Origin: Rhodanobacteraceae bacterium
GTDB taxonomy: Bacteria > Pseudomonadota > Gammaproteobacteria > Xanthomonadales > Rhodanobacteraceae
Assembly: GCA_051954935.1 (NCBI GenBank)
Contig: JBQCHG010000082.1
Location: 16,409 to 80,408 of the forward strand
Length of the DNA stretch: 64,000 nucleotides
Direction: 5' to 3'
Part shown: positions 10,057-18,491 of the stretch, one piece after another
How the letters are laid out: each line of letters starts with the position of its first letter
Numbering within the stretch: the first letter of the stretch is position 1
Program-made: the position numbers and the translations under genes
Notes under the pieces: generated by a model
Database searches by the model: none
Seen by the model: the letters and a program-made list of their open reading frames with translations, nothing else
What the model was told of the DNA's origin: nothing

Positions 10057-11436
10057 ATGCCGCTGACCGCAAGCCTGCAATCCTCGCTACGCTCGATCTT
10101 TTCCGCCGATGCGTGCGCGCTGGATTACGCCACCCGCGCGGCGTACGCCTACGACAACTCGCGGCGCATCGCGATGCCCGATGCGGTGGTGTTTCCGACT
10201 ACGCACGAGCAGACGGTCGCGCTGGTCGAGGCCTGCCGCGAAATGCACGCGCCGCTGATCGCGCGCGGACGCGGCACCAACACCACCGGCGCGACCGTGC
10301 CCGATGCCGGCGGCGTCGTCGCCAGCTTCGAACGCATGAACCGCATCCTCGATATCGCGCCCGGCGATCGCCTCGCCGTAGTGGAACCCGGTGTGTTGAA
10401 CGCCGACCTACAACGCGCGCTCTCGAAACATGGCCTGTTCTGGCCGCCCGATCCAACTTCCGCGCCGTACTGCACCATCGGCGGCAATCTCGCCTGCAAT
10501 GCCGGAGGTCCGCGCGCAGTCAAATACGGCGCCACGCGCGACAACGTGCTCGGTATGCGTGCGGTTGCTGGCAATGGGCAACATTTCCGCTGCGGCACGC
10601 ACACGACGAAGGGCTCGGTCGGCTACGACCTCACGCGTTACCTCATCGGTTCGGAAGGCACGCTGGCGCTGATCACCGAGGCCACGCTGAAACTCACGCC
10701 GGCTCCTTCCGCGCTTCGCACGCTGCGCGCGGCGTATGCGGACGTGGCGAGCGCGGCGCAGGCAGTTGCGCAGATCATGGCGCAACCGGTCACGCCGTGT
10801 GCGCTGGAATTCATGGACGATGCCGCACTGAAGCTCGCGCGGGAGCATGGCGGCGACGCGCCGGCGAGCGCGGGCGCGCTGCTGCTGATCGAGGTGGATG
10901 GGGAAGAAGCCGCGCTGTCGGCAAGCGTGGCCGCGATCGAGCGTGCCGCAAACGTTGAAGGGCTGGTCGAGTGGCGCGCGGCGGCCAATCGCGACGAGGC
11001 GCAGGCCTTGTGGGCCGCGCGCAAGGCGCTGTCGCCCGCCCTGCGCACGATTTCGCCGCACAAGATCAACGAGGACGTGGTGGTACCGGTCTCGCAGGTG
11101 CCGCGATTGGTGGATCGCATCCGGCGGCTGTCCGCCGAGTACCAGTTGCCGATCGTCACGTTCGGCCATGCCGGCAACGGCAACCTGCATGTGAACCTGC
11201 TGCCGCGCGACGATGCCCAACGCGAACGCGCGCGGCTGTGTTTGCGCGAAGTGTTCGAATCGGTGATCGCGCTGGGGGGGACACTTTCCGGCGAGCACGG
11301 CATCGGCACGGCCAAGCGAGATTTCATGAACCAGGCGCTGGACGCTTCCGCGTTGCAACTGATGCGCGGGATCAAACACGTGTTCGATCCGGACGGGATC
11401 TTGAATCCGGGGAAGCTGTTGCCCGAGAAAATCTGA
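10057..11436 (+). CDS. FAD-binding oxidoreductase (GlcD / D-2-hydroxyacid dehydrogenase family)
   Basis: A PCMH-type FAD-binding domain (VVFPTTHEQTVALVEACREMHAPLIARGRGTNTTG) is followed by the C-terminal FAD-oxidase domain (GTLSGEHGIGTAKRDFM...FDPDGILNPGKL). Confidence 0.85.
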   Translation: MPLTASLQSSLRSIFSADACALDYATRAAYAYDNSRRIAMPDAVVFPTTHEQTVALVEACREMHAPLIARGRGTNTTGATVPDAGGVVASFERMNRILDIAPGDRLAVVEPGVLNADLQRALSKHGLFWPPDPTSAPYCTIGGNLACNAGGPRAVKYGATRDNVLGMRAVAGNGQHFRCGTHTTKGSVGYDLTRYLIGSEGTLALITEATLKLTPAPSALRTLRAAYADVASAAQAVAQIMAQPVTPCALEFMDDAALKLAREHGGDAPASAGALLLIEVDGEEAALSASVAAIERAANVEGLVEWRAAANRDEAQALWAARKALSPALRTISPHKINEDVVVPVSQVPRLVDRIRRLSAEYQLPIVTFGHAGNGNLHVNLLPRDDAQRERARLCLREVFESVIALGGTLSGEHGIGTAKRDFMNQALDASALQLMRGIKHVFDPDGILNPGKLLPEKI

Positions 11437-11562
11437 ATAAGCTGCTGCGCTCGGCATCTTGCGCGCCGGCGGTGCTCGGAATCCTCATGTACTGACTGTA
11501 CACTCCGGTTCCTGCGCTCCGGCGACGCACAACCTGCCTTCGCTCGCGACGCTTCTTCAGAG
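11432..11562. repeat. Long copy 1 of a CTCTGAA...TTCAGAG intergenic repeat (MITE/REP-like, 131 nt)
   Basis: About 90% identical by eye to 53084..53216. It shares the core AGCTGCTGCGCTCGGC with short copies at 23145 and 46516. Its left end contains the glcD-like stop codon. Confidence 0.85.
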
Positions 11563-11575
11563 TTTTTCGAGCTCA

Positions 11576-12244
11576 ATGGCTCGTCCGTCGCACATGGCAA
11601 TACGATTCAGTTCCCTGCTCGCCGATATCCGCGCCTGCCGCGAATGCGCGGCGTACCTGCCGCACGGCCCGCGTCCCGTGCTGCAGGCGCATCCGGATGC
11701 GAAACTGCTGATCGTCAGCCAGGCGCCGGGCCGGCGCGTGCACGCATCCGGCATTCCGTTCGACGACAAGAGCGGCGAGAAATTGCGCGACTGGCTGGGC
11801 ATTGACGAATCGACCTTCCACGACGAACGCAAGGTCGCGATCGTGCCGATGGCATTCTGTTATCCCGGAAAGGGCGCGTCCGGCGACCTGCCGCCGCGCC
11901 GGGAATGCGCCCCGCGCTGGCATCCGCTGCTGCTGCCCCGATTGCGCAACATCGAACTGACACTCGCGATCGGCGGTTATGCCATCGATGCGCTGCTCGG
12001 AAAACGCAAGCGCACGACCCTGACCGACACCGTGCGCGCCTGGCGGGAATATCTGGATATCGAGAAGGTCGGACAGGGATGCCCGAATTTTGATTCTCGC
12101 GATCAGGGACGACCGCAAAAATATCCGATCCTTCCTCTGCCCCATCCCAGCCCGCGCAACACGGCATGGTTCCTGTACAACCCATGGTTCGAGCGCGAGG
12201 CGATTCCGGCGTTGCGGGAGCGTGTGCGCGCAATGCTAAAGTGA
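11576..12244 (+). CDS. Uracil-DNA glycosylase superfamily protein
   Basis: Sequence CRECAAYLPHGPRPVLQ...LLIVSQAPGRRVHASGIPFDD...LPHPSPRN shows UDG-like motifs A and B. The start is uncertain (ATG 11576 or 11594). Confidence 0.7.
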   Translation: MARPSHMAIRFSSLLADIRACRECAAYLPHGPRPVLQAHPDAKLLIVSQAPGRRVHASGIPFDDKSGEKLRDWLGIDESTFHDERKVAIVPMAFCYPGKGASGDLPPRRECAPRWHPLLLPRLRNIELTLAIGGYAIDALLGKRKRTTLTDTVRAWREYLDIEKVGQGCPNFDSRDQGRPQKYPILPLPHPSPRNTAWFLYNPWFEREAIPALRERVRAMLK

Positions 12245-12261
12245 GTGCCGGGTGGAGTCGC

Positions 12262-12687
12262 ATGAACGCTGTCGTTCGACGCAACTGGTGGGATCGAAAC
12301 TGGAAGTGGTTCGTCCCGGTTTTGTGCGTGCTCTCCATTGCCCTGCTTGCGACCCTGATCCTCGGGATATGCGCCCTTGCATTCGGCCTGATTCGATCTT
12401 CCGAACCTTACCAACAGGCTTTGCAACGCGCGCAATCCAGTCCGCTCGTGGCGGCGGCACTCGGCCCGCCGATCAAGCCCGGACTGTTGATGACCGGCAA
12501 TATCTCGACTGGCGGCGGCGACGGCAAAGCACAATTGGCGATACCGCTGGAAGGCTCACGGCACGACGCCACGCTTTACGTGCGCGGCGAAGAAACCGCT
12601 GGCGTATGGCACTACTCGATCATGGCGGTTGCGGTAGAAAACGGCAAACAACGCATCGATCTTCTGAACACAATGGGCGGCAATTGA
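12262..12687 (+). CDS. Membrane-anchored protein, cytochrome oxidase assembly factor Coa1-like
   Basis: Sequence is MNAVVRRNWWDRNWKWFVPVLCVLSIALLATL, a TM segment, then a small periplasmic domain. The family assignment is from memory of the Coa1-like N-terminal signature. Confidence 0.5.
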   Translation: MNAVVRRNWWDRNWKWFVPVLCVLSIALLATLILGICALAFGLIRSSEPYQQALQRAQSSPLVAAALGPPIKPGLLMTGNISTGGGDGKAQLAIPLEGSRHDATLYVRGEETAGVWHYSIMAVAVENGKQRIDLLNTMGGN

Positions 12688-13236
12688 TCAGCCGGCAAGC
12701 TGGACGTAACGCAATATCGCCGCGGCTATCTGCATCACGATCAATGCGTAGACGCCCGCGAGCACGTCGTCCAGCATGACGCCGAAGCCACCGTGCACGT
12801 GGCGATCGGCGATGCGGATCGGCCACGGCTTCCAGACATCGAACAGGCGGAACAGAAGAAAGCCTGCGGCCATGAAAGCTGCCATCCAAGGCCAAGACCC
12901 CCGGGGCGCCGCACACAACGCGATCCACTGCCCGACGAATTCGTCCCACACCAGCGCGCGATGATCGTCCACGCCCAATCGTCGCCCCGCGACATCGCAC
13001 GCCCACACACCCAGCGCGAACGCCAGCACCAGGACCGCGACGTACCAGGCCAGCTGCAACTCGCGCAAGGCGAACCACCAGGGAATCAATGCAACCAGCG
13101 ATCCGGCGGTACCGGGCGCGCGCGGGAACAAGCCTGATCCGAACCCGCAGGCGATCCAGCCGGCCGGGTGCGTCAGCAGCGCGCGCAATTGCTCGCTCGT
13201 GAGGATTTTTCTTGGCCGCGGCGCGCCGTCACTCAT
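12688..13236 (-). CDS. pgpA: Phosphatidylglycerophosphatase A
   Basis: Sequence contains GFGSGLFPRAPGTAGSLVALIPWW...DDHRALVWDEFVGQWIAL...FRLFDVWKPWPI. ATGA overlap with the thiL stop. The stop abuts the convergent upstream gene (TGATCA). Confidence 0.9.
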   Translation of the reverse strand: MSDGAPRPRKILTSEQLRALLTHPAGWIACGFGSGLFPRAPGTAGSLVALIPWWFALRELQLAWYVAVLVLAFALGVWACDVAGRRLGVDDHRALVWDEFVGQWIALCAAPRGSWPWMAAFMAAGFLLFRLFDVWKPWPIRIADRHVHGGFGVMLDDVLAGVYALIVMQIAAAILRYVQLAG

Positions 13237-14213
13237 GGCGCGAAATGCTGCCAGCCGCGGCGCGGGGGCTCCACCGCGTTGCCGTTGGAGTCGCGCGCGC
13301 ACACACCGGGCTCGGCAACGATGCGGCCGATGCGCGCGGCACCGAACCCGAGCCGCGCGAAATCAGCTGCGATGCGGTCGGCGCGGTCCACGCCGGCGGT
13401 GAAACACAACTCGTAATCGTCGCCGCCCGCGAGCGCGAAACCGCGCCGCTGGTCCGTGTCGAACAGGGCAAGCATGGCGGATGACAGCGGCAAGGCATCG
13501 GCTTCCACGATCGCACCCACGCCGCTCGCCTCGCAAATGTGGCCAAGGTCGGCGAGCAGTCCGTCGGACACGTCAATGCACGCACTCGCTACCTCGCGGA
13601 GCGCCAGGCCAGCGGCGATGCGCGGCTCGGGCCGATTCAACCGCTGGAGCAATTCGGAACGGGCTTGTTCGTTGATCGAGTCCCTGGTCCCGAGTCCCGA
13701 ATCCCGTATCAGGCGAAGCGCTGCCGCACCATCGCCCAGCCTGCCGGTAACAAACACGGCATCACCCACGCGCGCGCCGGAGCGCAGGAGCGCGCGCCCT
13801 TCCGGCACGAAGCCGAATGCGCTGACGGTGATGCTCAGGGGGCCTTGCGTGGTGTCGCCGCCGACCAGGCTCACCGCGTGCGCGCGGGCGAGCTGAGCGA
13901 ATCCCTCCGCAAAGGCTTCAGCGAAGCGGAGGTCCGCCTGCGGCAACGTCAGCGAGAGCATCACCCACGCAGGCGTAGCGCCCATCGCGGCAAGGTCGGA
14001 AAGATTCACTGCCAGTGATTTCCAGCCGATGTCCTGTGGCGCGGTGCCCGGCGGGAAATGCACGCCCGCGATCAGGGTGTCGGTGCACGCGACCAGTTGC
14101 TGGCCAAGAGGCGGTTTCAGCAATGCGGCGTCATCGCCGATGCCGAGCACCACGTCGCCACGCGGTTGCGTGGTGCGCACACGAATGATCTCGATCAGGT
14201 CGAACTCGGGCAC
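13233..14213 (-). CDS. thiL: Thiamine-monophosphate kinase
   Basis: Sequence MPEFDLIEIIRVR...GIGDDAALL...TDTLIAGVHF...GGDT is a PurM-like fold typical of ThiL. nusB-thiL-pgpA synteny supports the call. Confidence 0.9.
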   Translation of the reverse strand: MPEFDLIEIIRVRTTQPRGDVVLGIGDDAALLKPPLGQQLVACTDTLIAGVHFPPGTAPQDIGWKSLAVNLSDLAAMGATPAWVMLSLTLPQADLRFAEAFAEGFAQLARAHAVSLVGGDTTQGPLSITVSAFGFVPEGRALLRSGARVGDAVFVTGRLGDGAAALRLIRDSGLGTRDSINEQARSELLQRLNRPEPRIAAGLALREVASACIDVSDGLLADLGHICEASGVGAIVEADALPLSSAMLALFDTDQRRGFALAGGDDYELCFTAGVDRADRIAADFARLGFGAARIGRIVAEPGVCARDSNGNAVEPPRRGWQHFAP

Positions 14214-14214
14214 G

Positions 14215-14664
14215 TCAATGCGCTGTCGTTTCGGCCGCGCGCCACTCGCGCGCCAGCTTGTCCAGCACGCCGTTGACGTAAGTGTGGCCGTGTTCGGCGC
14301 CGAAGCGCTTGGCGAGTTCGATCGCCTCGTTGAGCACCACGCGATACGGCACGTCCGGGCGATGCTTCAATTCATAGGCGCCCAACCGCAGCGTGGCGCG
14401 CTCGATCGGATCCACCTGCTCGATGTCGCGGTCCAGGAATGGCGCGAGTCCGGCATCCAGCTCGGCGCGATTCGCGTCCACCCCGCGTACCAGATCCTCG
14501 AAGTATTCAAGGTCGGCCACCTGCATGTCCTGCTCGTGGCGGAACTGCTCGATGACCGCGCGCACGCTGGAGCCACTCATCTGCCACGCGTAGATCGCCT
14601 GCAAGGCGCGACGGCGCGCGCGCGAACGCGCGGCCAGGTCAATGCCGGAAGGATGTTTGCTCAT
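14215..14664 (-). CDS. nusB: Transcription antitermination factor NusB
   Basis: Start at [29 protein letters not shown]. It follows ribH, as in many bacteria. Confidence 0.9.
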   Translation of the reverse strand: MSKHPSGIDLAARSRARRRALQAIYAWQMSGSSVRAVIEQFRHEQDMQVADLEYFEDLVRGVDANRAELDAGLAPFLDRDIEQVDPIERATLRLGAYELKHRPDVPYRVVLNEAIELAKRFGAEHGHTYVNGVLDKLAREWRAAETTAH

Positions 14665-15152
14665 GTGCGTGCCGTCCGTGTGCGTTCCATCAACCAAGCC
14701 ATTTCGATCGCGGCCTGCGCCACGTCTTCGCCCTTGTTGCCGTGCGCCCCGCCGGCGCGTGCGCGTGCATCGGCCTCATGATCCACCGCCAGCACGCCAT
14801 TCAATACCGGAACATGATGGTCCAGCGCAACACGCATCAGGCCGCGCGCGCATTCGTCGGCCACGTGTTCGTAATGGCGCGTATCGCCACGCACCACGCA
14901 GCCGAGCGCGACGATCGCGGCGTAATTTCCGCTGCGCGCCAGTTGCGCGGCAAGTACCGGCAATTCCCACGCGCCGGGAACGCGGACGATCTCGACTTGC
15001 GATTCGGTCACGCCGTGCCGCGCAAAGGCGAGCCGCGCTCCTTCCACCAGCGCATCAACGATCGCCGCATTCCAGCGGCTGGCGATCACGGCATAGCGCG
15101 CGCCGTGCGGAGAGCGCAATGGATGATCGGGTTGGGCGCGTTCGCGTGACAT
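14661..15152 (-). CDS. ribH: 6,7-dimethyl-8-ribityllumazine synthase
   Basis: Sequence contains [21 protein letters not shown]...[10 protein letters not shown]...[16 protein letters not shown]. Confidence 0.92.
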   Translation of the reverse strand: MSRERAQPDHPLRSPHGARYAVIASRWNAAIVDALVEGARLAFARHGVTESQVEIVRVPGAWELPVLAAQLARSGNYAAIVALGCVVRGDTRHYEHVADECARGLMRVALDHHVPVLNGVLAVDHEADARARAGGAHGNKGEDVAQAAIEMAWLMERTRTART

Positions 15153-15154
15153 GG

Positions 15155-16267
15155 TTACTCGACGTACTCCACCACTTCCAGGTCGAAGCCGGAAAGCCCG
15201 ATCAACTTGCGCTTTGTGCCGAGGACGCGCAGCCGCTGCGCGCCGAGGTCGGCCAGGATCTGCGCGCCCAGCCCTAGCTGGCGCCATTCCTGTTGCGCCT
15301 GTTCGCGCCCGCGGGAAGCCTCTGCATCGCTTTCTGCCGCGGCGCCGTGAGAGAGTTTCGCAAGTATCGTCGCGGCGTCTTCCTCGCAGGCCAGCACCAC
15401 GGCCACGCCGCGGCCTTCCTCCGCGATCCGCCGCAAGGCAGAGGTGAGCGTGAGGCCCAGATCGTCGCGCACCAGGTGCAGTGTGTCGGAAAGCGTATTG
15501 CGCACGTGCACGCGCGCCAGCACTGGTGCGCCATCGTCCACGCGGCCGCGCACCAGCGCGTAGTGCAGGTCGTTGCGCAGCGAATCGCGGAATACGACAA
15601 GCCTGAACGCGCCGAACTCGGTCTGCACCTCCGATTCGTGCACGCGCACGACGGTTTTCTCTGTCTGCAGGCGATGGCGGATCAGGTCGGCGATGCTGCC
15701 GATCTTCAATTCATGCTTGCGCGCGAATGCCTCCAGTTCCGGACGGCGGGCCATCGAGCCGTCCTCGTGCAGGATTTCGACCAGCACCCCGGCGGGTTCG
15801 CAGCCGGCCAGCGCGGCGAGGTCGCACGCGGCTTCCGTGTGGCCGGCGCGCGACAGCACGCCGCCGGGCTGCGCCATCAGCGGGAACACGTGGCCCGGCT
15901 GCACCAGATCGGAAGATGTCGCATCCGGCGCAACCGCCACCTGGATGGTGCGGGCGCGGTCGTGCGCGGAGATGCCGGTGGTAACTCCCTCGGCCGCCTC
16001 GATCGAGACGGTGAAGTTGGTGTGGTAGGTCGAACCGTTGTCGCGCACCATAGGCCGCAGGCCGAGCCGGCGGCAACGCTGTTCGGTCAGTGCGAGGCAG
16101 ATCAGTCCGCGCGCCTCGCGCGCCATGAAGTTGATGTCCTGCGCGCGTACCTTGTCGGCGGCCATGATCAGGTCACCCTCGTTTTCGCGATCCTCGTCGT
16201 CGAGCATCACCACCATGCGTCCGGCACGCAGCTCGTCGAGGAGTTCTGGAATGGAGGAGAAAGTCAT
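15155..16267 (-). CDS. ribBA: Bifunctional 3,4-dihydroxy-2-butanone-4-phosphate synthase / GTP cyclohydrolase II-like protein
   Basis: Sequence [22 protein letters not shown]...[10 protein letters not shown] is the DHBP synthase part. It is followed by a RibA-like C-terminal domain. Confidence 0.9.
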   Translation of the reverse strand: MTFSSIPELLDELRAGRMVVMLDDEDRENEGDLIMAADKVRAQDINFMAREARGLICLALTEQRCRRLGLRPMVRDNGSTYHTNFTVSIEAAEGVTTGISAHDRARTIQVAVAPDATSSDLVQPGHVFPLMAQPGGVLSRAGHTEAACDLAALAGCEPAGVLVEILHEDGSMARRPELEAFARKHELKIGSIADLIRHRLQTEKTVVRVHESEVQTEFGAFRLVVFRDSLRNDLHYALVRGRVDDGAPVLARVHVRNTLSDTLHLVRDDLGLTLTSALRRIAEEGRGVAVVLACEEDAATILAKLSHGAAAESDAEASRGREQAQQEWRQLGLGAQILADLGAQRLRVLGTKRKLIGLSGFDLEVVEYVE

Positions 16268-16324
16268 CGGAGCGTGCTTCTTTTGAAAAGTGCGGACAAG
16301 GATGTCCGCTTTTTGACCTTGCGC

Positions 16325-16918
16325 TCAGGGACGAGCGCACAAGCTTTCGATGTAGCGCGCCATCATATCGGCTTCCAGGTTGACCCTGTCGCCCGGCTTG
16401 CGTTGCGCGAAGGTGGTGACTTCGACCGTGTGCGGGATCAGGTTGACGGAAAAGCGCGCATTTTCGACGGTGTTCACCGTGAGGCTGACACCATCCACGC
16501 AGATGGAACCCTTGGCGGCGATGTAGCGCGCCAGTTCCGTGGGCGCTTCGATCAACCATCGGTGCGAACGGGCGTCCGGCTCGATCGAAACGATGCGGCC
16601 GACGCCATCCACGTGGCCCGAAACCAGATGCCCACCGAGGCGGTCCGAAAGGCGCAACGCCTTTTCGAGGTTCACCGCATCGCCGCCGCGCAACGCGCCG
16701 AGCGTGGTGAGCGCAAGCGTTTCGTTGGAGACATCCGCCGCGAATGTTTGCCCGCCCAACTCCACGACCGTCAGGCACACGCCGGATACCGAAATGCTGT
16801 CGCCGAGTGCGACATCGGAGAAATCCATCGCCGGCGCGGCAATGGCGAGGCGCAGGTCGCCGCCGCGCGGCTCGCTGCGCGCCAGCGTTCCGGTACATTG
16901 GATGATGCCGGTAAACAT
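16325..16918 (-). CDS. ribE: Riboflavin synthase (alpha chain)
   Basis: Sequence MFTGIIQCTGTL...GDSISVSGVCLTVV...SLTVN shows the duplicated lumazine-binding repeats. Start at ATG 16918, inside track ORF 16325..16936. Confidence 0.92.
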   Translation of the reverse strand: MFTGIIQCTGTLARSEPRGGDLRLAIAAPAMDFSDVALGDSISVSGVCLTVVELGGQTFAADVSNETLALTTLGALRGGDAVNLEKALRLSDRLGGHLVSGHVDGVGRIVSIEPDARSHRWLIEAPTELARYIAAKGSICVDGVSLTVNTVENARFSVNLIPHTVEVTTFAQRKPGDRVNLEADMMARYIESLCARP

Positions 16919-16940
16919 TGAAACGTTCTCCGCCAAACAG

Positions 16941-16965
16941 CGAAAAACGCCTCAAGGCATGAGGC
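16941..16965 (-). terminator. Rho-independent terminator/attenuator hairpin of the FMN riboswitch expression platform
   Basis: The minus strand reads GCCTCATGCCTTGAGGC followed by GTTTTTCG. It lies between the aptamer and the ribE ATG. Confidence 0.6.
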
Positions 16966-16992
16966 AAACGCACGGCAGTGGCCATGCGCCAG

Positions 16993-17169
16993 CCGTCTTC
17001 TTTCATCCGGACTGTCAGCCGGTCCGCGAACGGATCGGCCTTACCGTCGGCTCCGGCATTCGACCGGATCTGCTGACCTCGCGGCGTGGCCGCAAGCGCT
17101 CGCGGGCTCGTCGGGGATGCATCCTCGACCTACCGCCGGTGGGGAATTTCGCCCCGCCCTGAAGACGTC
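16993..17169 (-). promoter_or_regulatory. FMN riboswitch (RFN element)
   Basis: The minus strand reads CGTCTTCAGGGCGGGGCGAAATTCCCCACCGGCGGTA...AGCCCGCGAGCG...GGTCAGCAGATCCGGT..AATGCCGGAGCCGACGGTAA...AGTCCGGATGAAAGAAGACGG. All conserved RFN blocks are present, and P1 is closed by CGTCTTC/GAAGACG. Confidence 0.93.
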
Positions 17170-17210
17170 GTGCCGGAAATCCGGCGCGCGAAAGTTTACC
17201 ACCCCACGGC

Positions 17211-18347
17211 TCAGGCCGGGCGCAGCAGCAGGCGCATATCGGTGCCCAGCATGCGTTGCTCCACCACTTGCAGCGACCTGCGGCCAGCCATCTCGGCCAG
17301 CGGCGGCAGATGCAGCAACGGTCGCGCAAGATCCCCCAGCAGCACCGGCGCGATGTAGAGCAGCAGCTCGTCGACGAGTCCCGCATCGAACAACGCACCG
17401 CACAACGATGGCCCTGCCTCGACCTGCAATTCATTGATTTCGCGCGCGGCGAGCAGGCGCATCGCTTCCGCGAGATCAAAGCGGCCCTGCGCATTGACCG
17501 GCACCGCCGCGAGTTCCGCGCGGGCGTAGCGCTGATCGCTCGGCCTCGCACCCGGCGCGTGCAGCGCCAGCGTCGGCGCACCGCCGTCGAGGAGATGCGC
17601 AGCGGCCGGTAATGCGTCGAGCTTCGCGTCGAGGACGATGCGCAGGGGTGGTTGAAACGCTTTGCCTTCGGACAGCCGCACCGTCAATCTGGGATCGTCC
17701 GCTCGCGCGGTGCCCGCGCCGACGAGGATGGCCGAACTCCGCGCGCGCCAGCGCTGAACGTCCGCTCGCGCGGCCTCGCCGGTAATCCACTTCGACTCGC
17801 CACTTCCGAGGGCGGTGCGTCCGTCCAGGCTCATCGCAAGCTTCACGCGCGCCCAGGGGCGCCCGCGCTCCAGACGCGAGAAGAAGCCGCGGTTGAGTTC
17901 CCGCGCGGCGTCGCTCATCAATCCGGATTGCACCTCGATGCCAGCTTCACGCAACCGGCGCAAACCGCCGCCCGCCGTCTTCGGGTTCGGATCCTCGCAA
18001 GCCGCGACCACGCGAGCGACGCCGGCCTCCACCAGAGCATCCGCGCACGGAGGCGTCCGGCCGTAATGCGCGCACGGTTCCAGCGTGACATAGGCGGTAG
18101 CGCCGCGTGCACGCATTCCAGCGGCACGCAACGCAAACACTTCCGCGTGCGGCTCGCCGGCGCGCTCGTGCCAGCCTTCGCCGATCGCCTCACCATCGCG
18201 CGCGATGATGCAGCCCACACGTGGGTTCGGCTGGGTGGTATAGAGACCGCGTTCGGCCAGGTGCAGCGCCCGGGCCATCAATGCGTGGTCGGAGGCCGAA
18301 AAGCCGGGACTCGGGACTCGGAACTCGGGACTCGGCGTCGCGGCCAT
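17211..18347 (-). CDS. ribD: Bifunctional diaminohydroxyphosphoribosylaminopyrimidine deaminase / 5-amino-6-(5-phosphoribosylamino)uracil reductase
   Basis: Sequence MARALHLAERGLYTTQPNPRVGCII...HAEVFAL...TLEPCAHYGRTPPC is the CDA zinc motif, followed by the reductase domain. The 23 N-terminal codons of the track ORF are encoded by a heptamer repeat. The true start may be ATG 18278 or TTG 18281. Confidence 0.9.
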   Translation of the reverse strand: MAATPSPEFRVPSPGFSASDHALMARALHLAERGLYTTQPNPRVGCIIARDGEAIGEGWHERAGEPHAEVFALRAAGMRARGATAYVTLEPCAHYGRTPPCADALVEAGVARVVAACEDPNPKTAGGGLRRLREAGIEVQSGLMSDAARELNRGFFSRLERGRPWARVKLAMSLDGRTALGSGESKWITGEAARADVQRWRARSSAILVGAGTARADDPRLTVRLSEGKAFQPPLRIVLDAKLDALPAAAHLLDGGAPTLALHAPGARPSDQRYARAELAAVPVNAQGRFDLAEAMRLLAAREINELQVEAGPSLCGALFDAGLVDELLLYIAPVLLGDLARPLLHLPPLAEMAGRRSLQVVEQRMLGTDMRLLLRPA

Positions 18348-18374
18348 TACGCTACATCCTGTGGAAACAGAGTT

Positions 18375-18472
18375 CCGTTCGCGTTGAGCGTAGCTCGCGA
18401 AGCGAGCGGAGTCGAAACGCCTGCCCTTCGACTCCGGCCCGCCTTCGGACGGGCTACGCTCAGGGCGAACGG
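18375..18472. repeat. 98-nt compound palindromic element (outer 20-bp stem enclosing three hairpins)
   Basis: CCGTTCGCGTTGAGCGTAGC pairs with GCTACGCTCAGGGCGAACGG. Inner hairpins are GCTCGC-GAA-GCGAGC, GGAGTCGAA-N10-TTCGACTCC and CCGCC-TTCG-GACGG. It lies in the nrdR-ribD spacer. Confidence 0.7.
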
Positions 18473-18491
18473 CTAAACGACCACGCGCAAG

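Noticed and set aside
18306-18335. Tandem short repeats (heptamer arrays at 13677 and 18306, and the 15-mer duplication at 30515), considered as possible CRISPR or minisatellite arrays
   Set aside because: The units are 7-15 nt with no spacers and at most four copies. There are no cas genes in the window, so this is not CRISPR.
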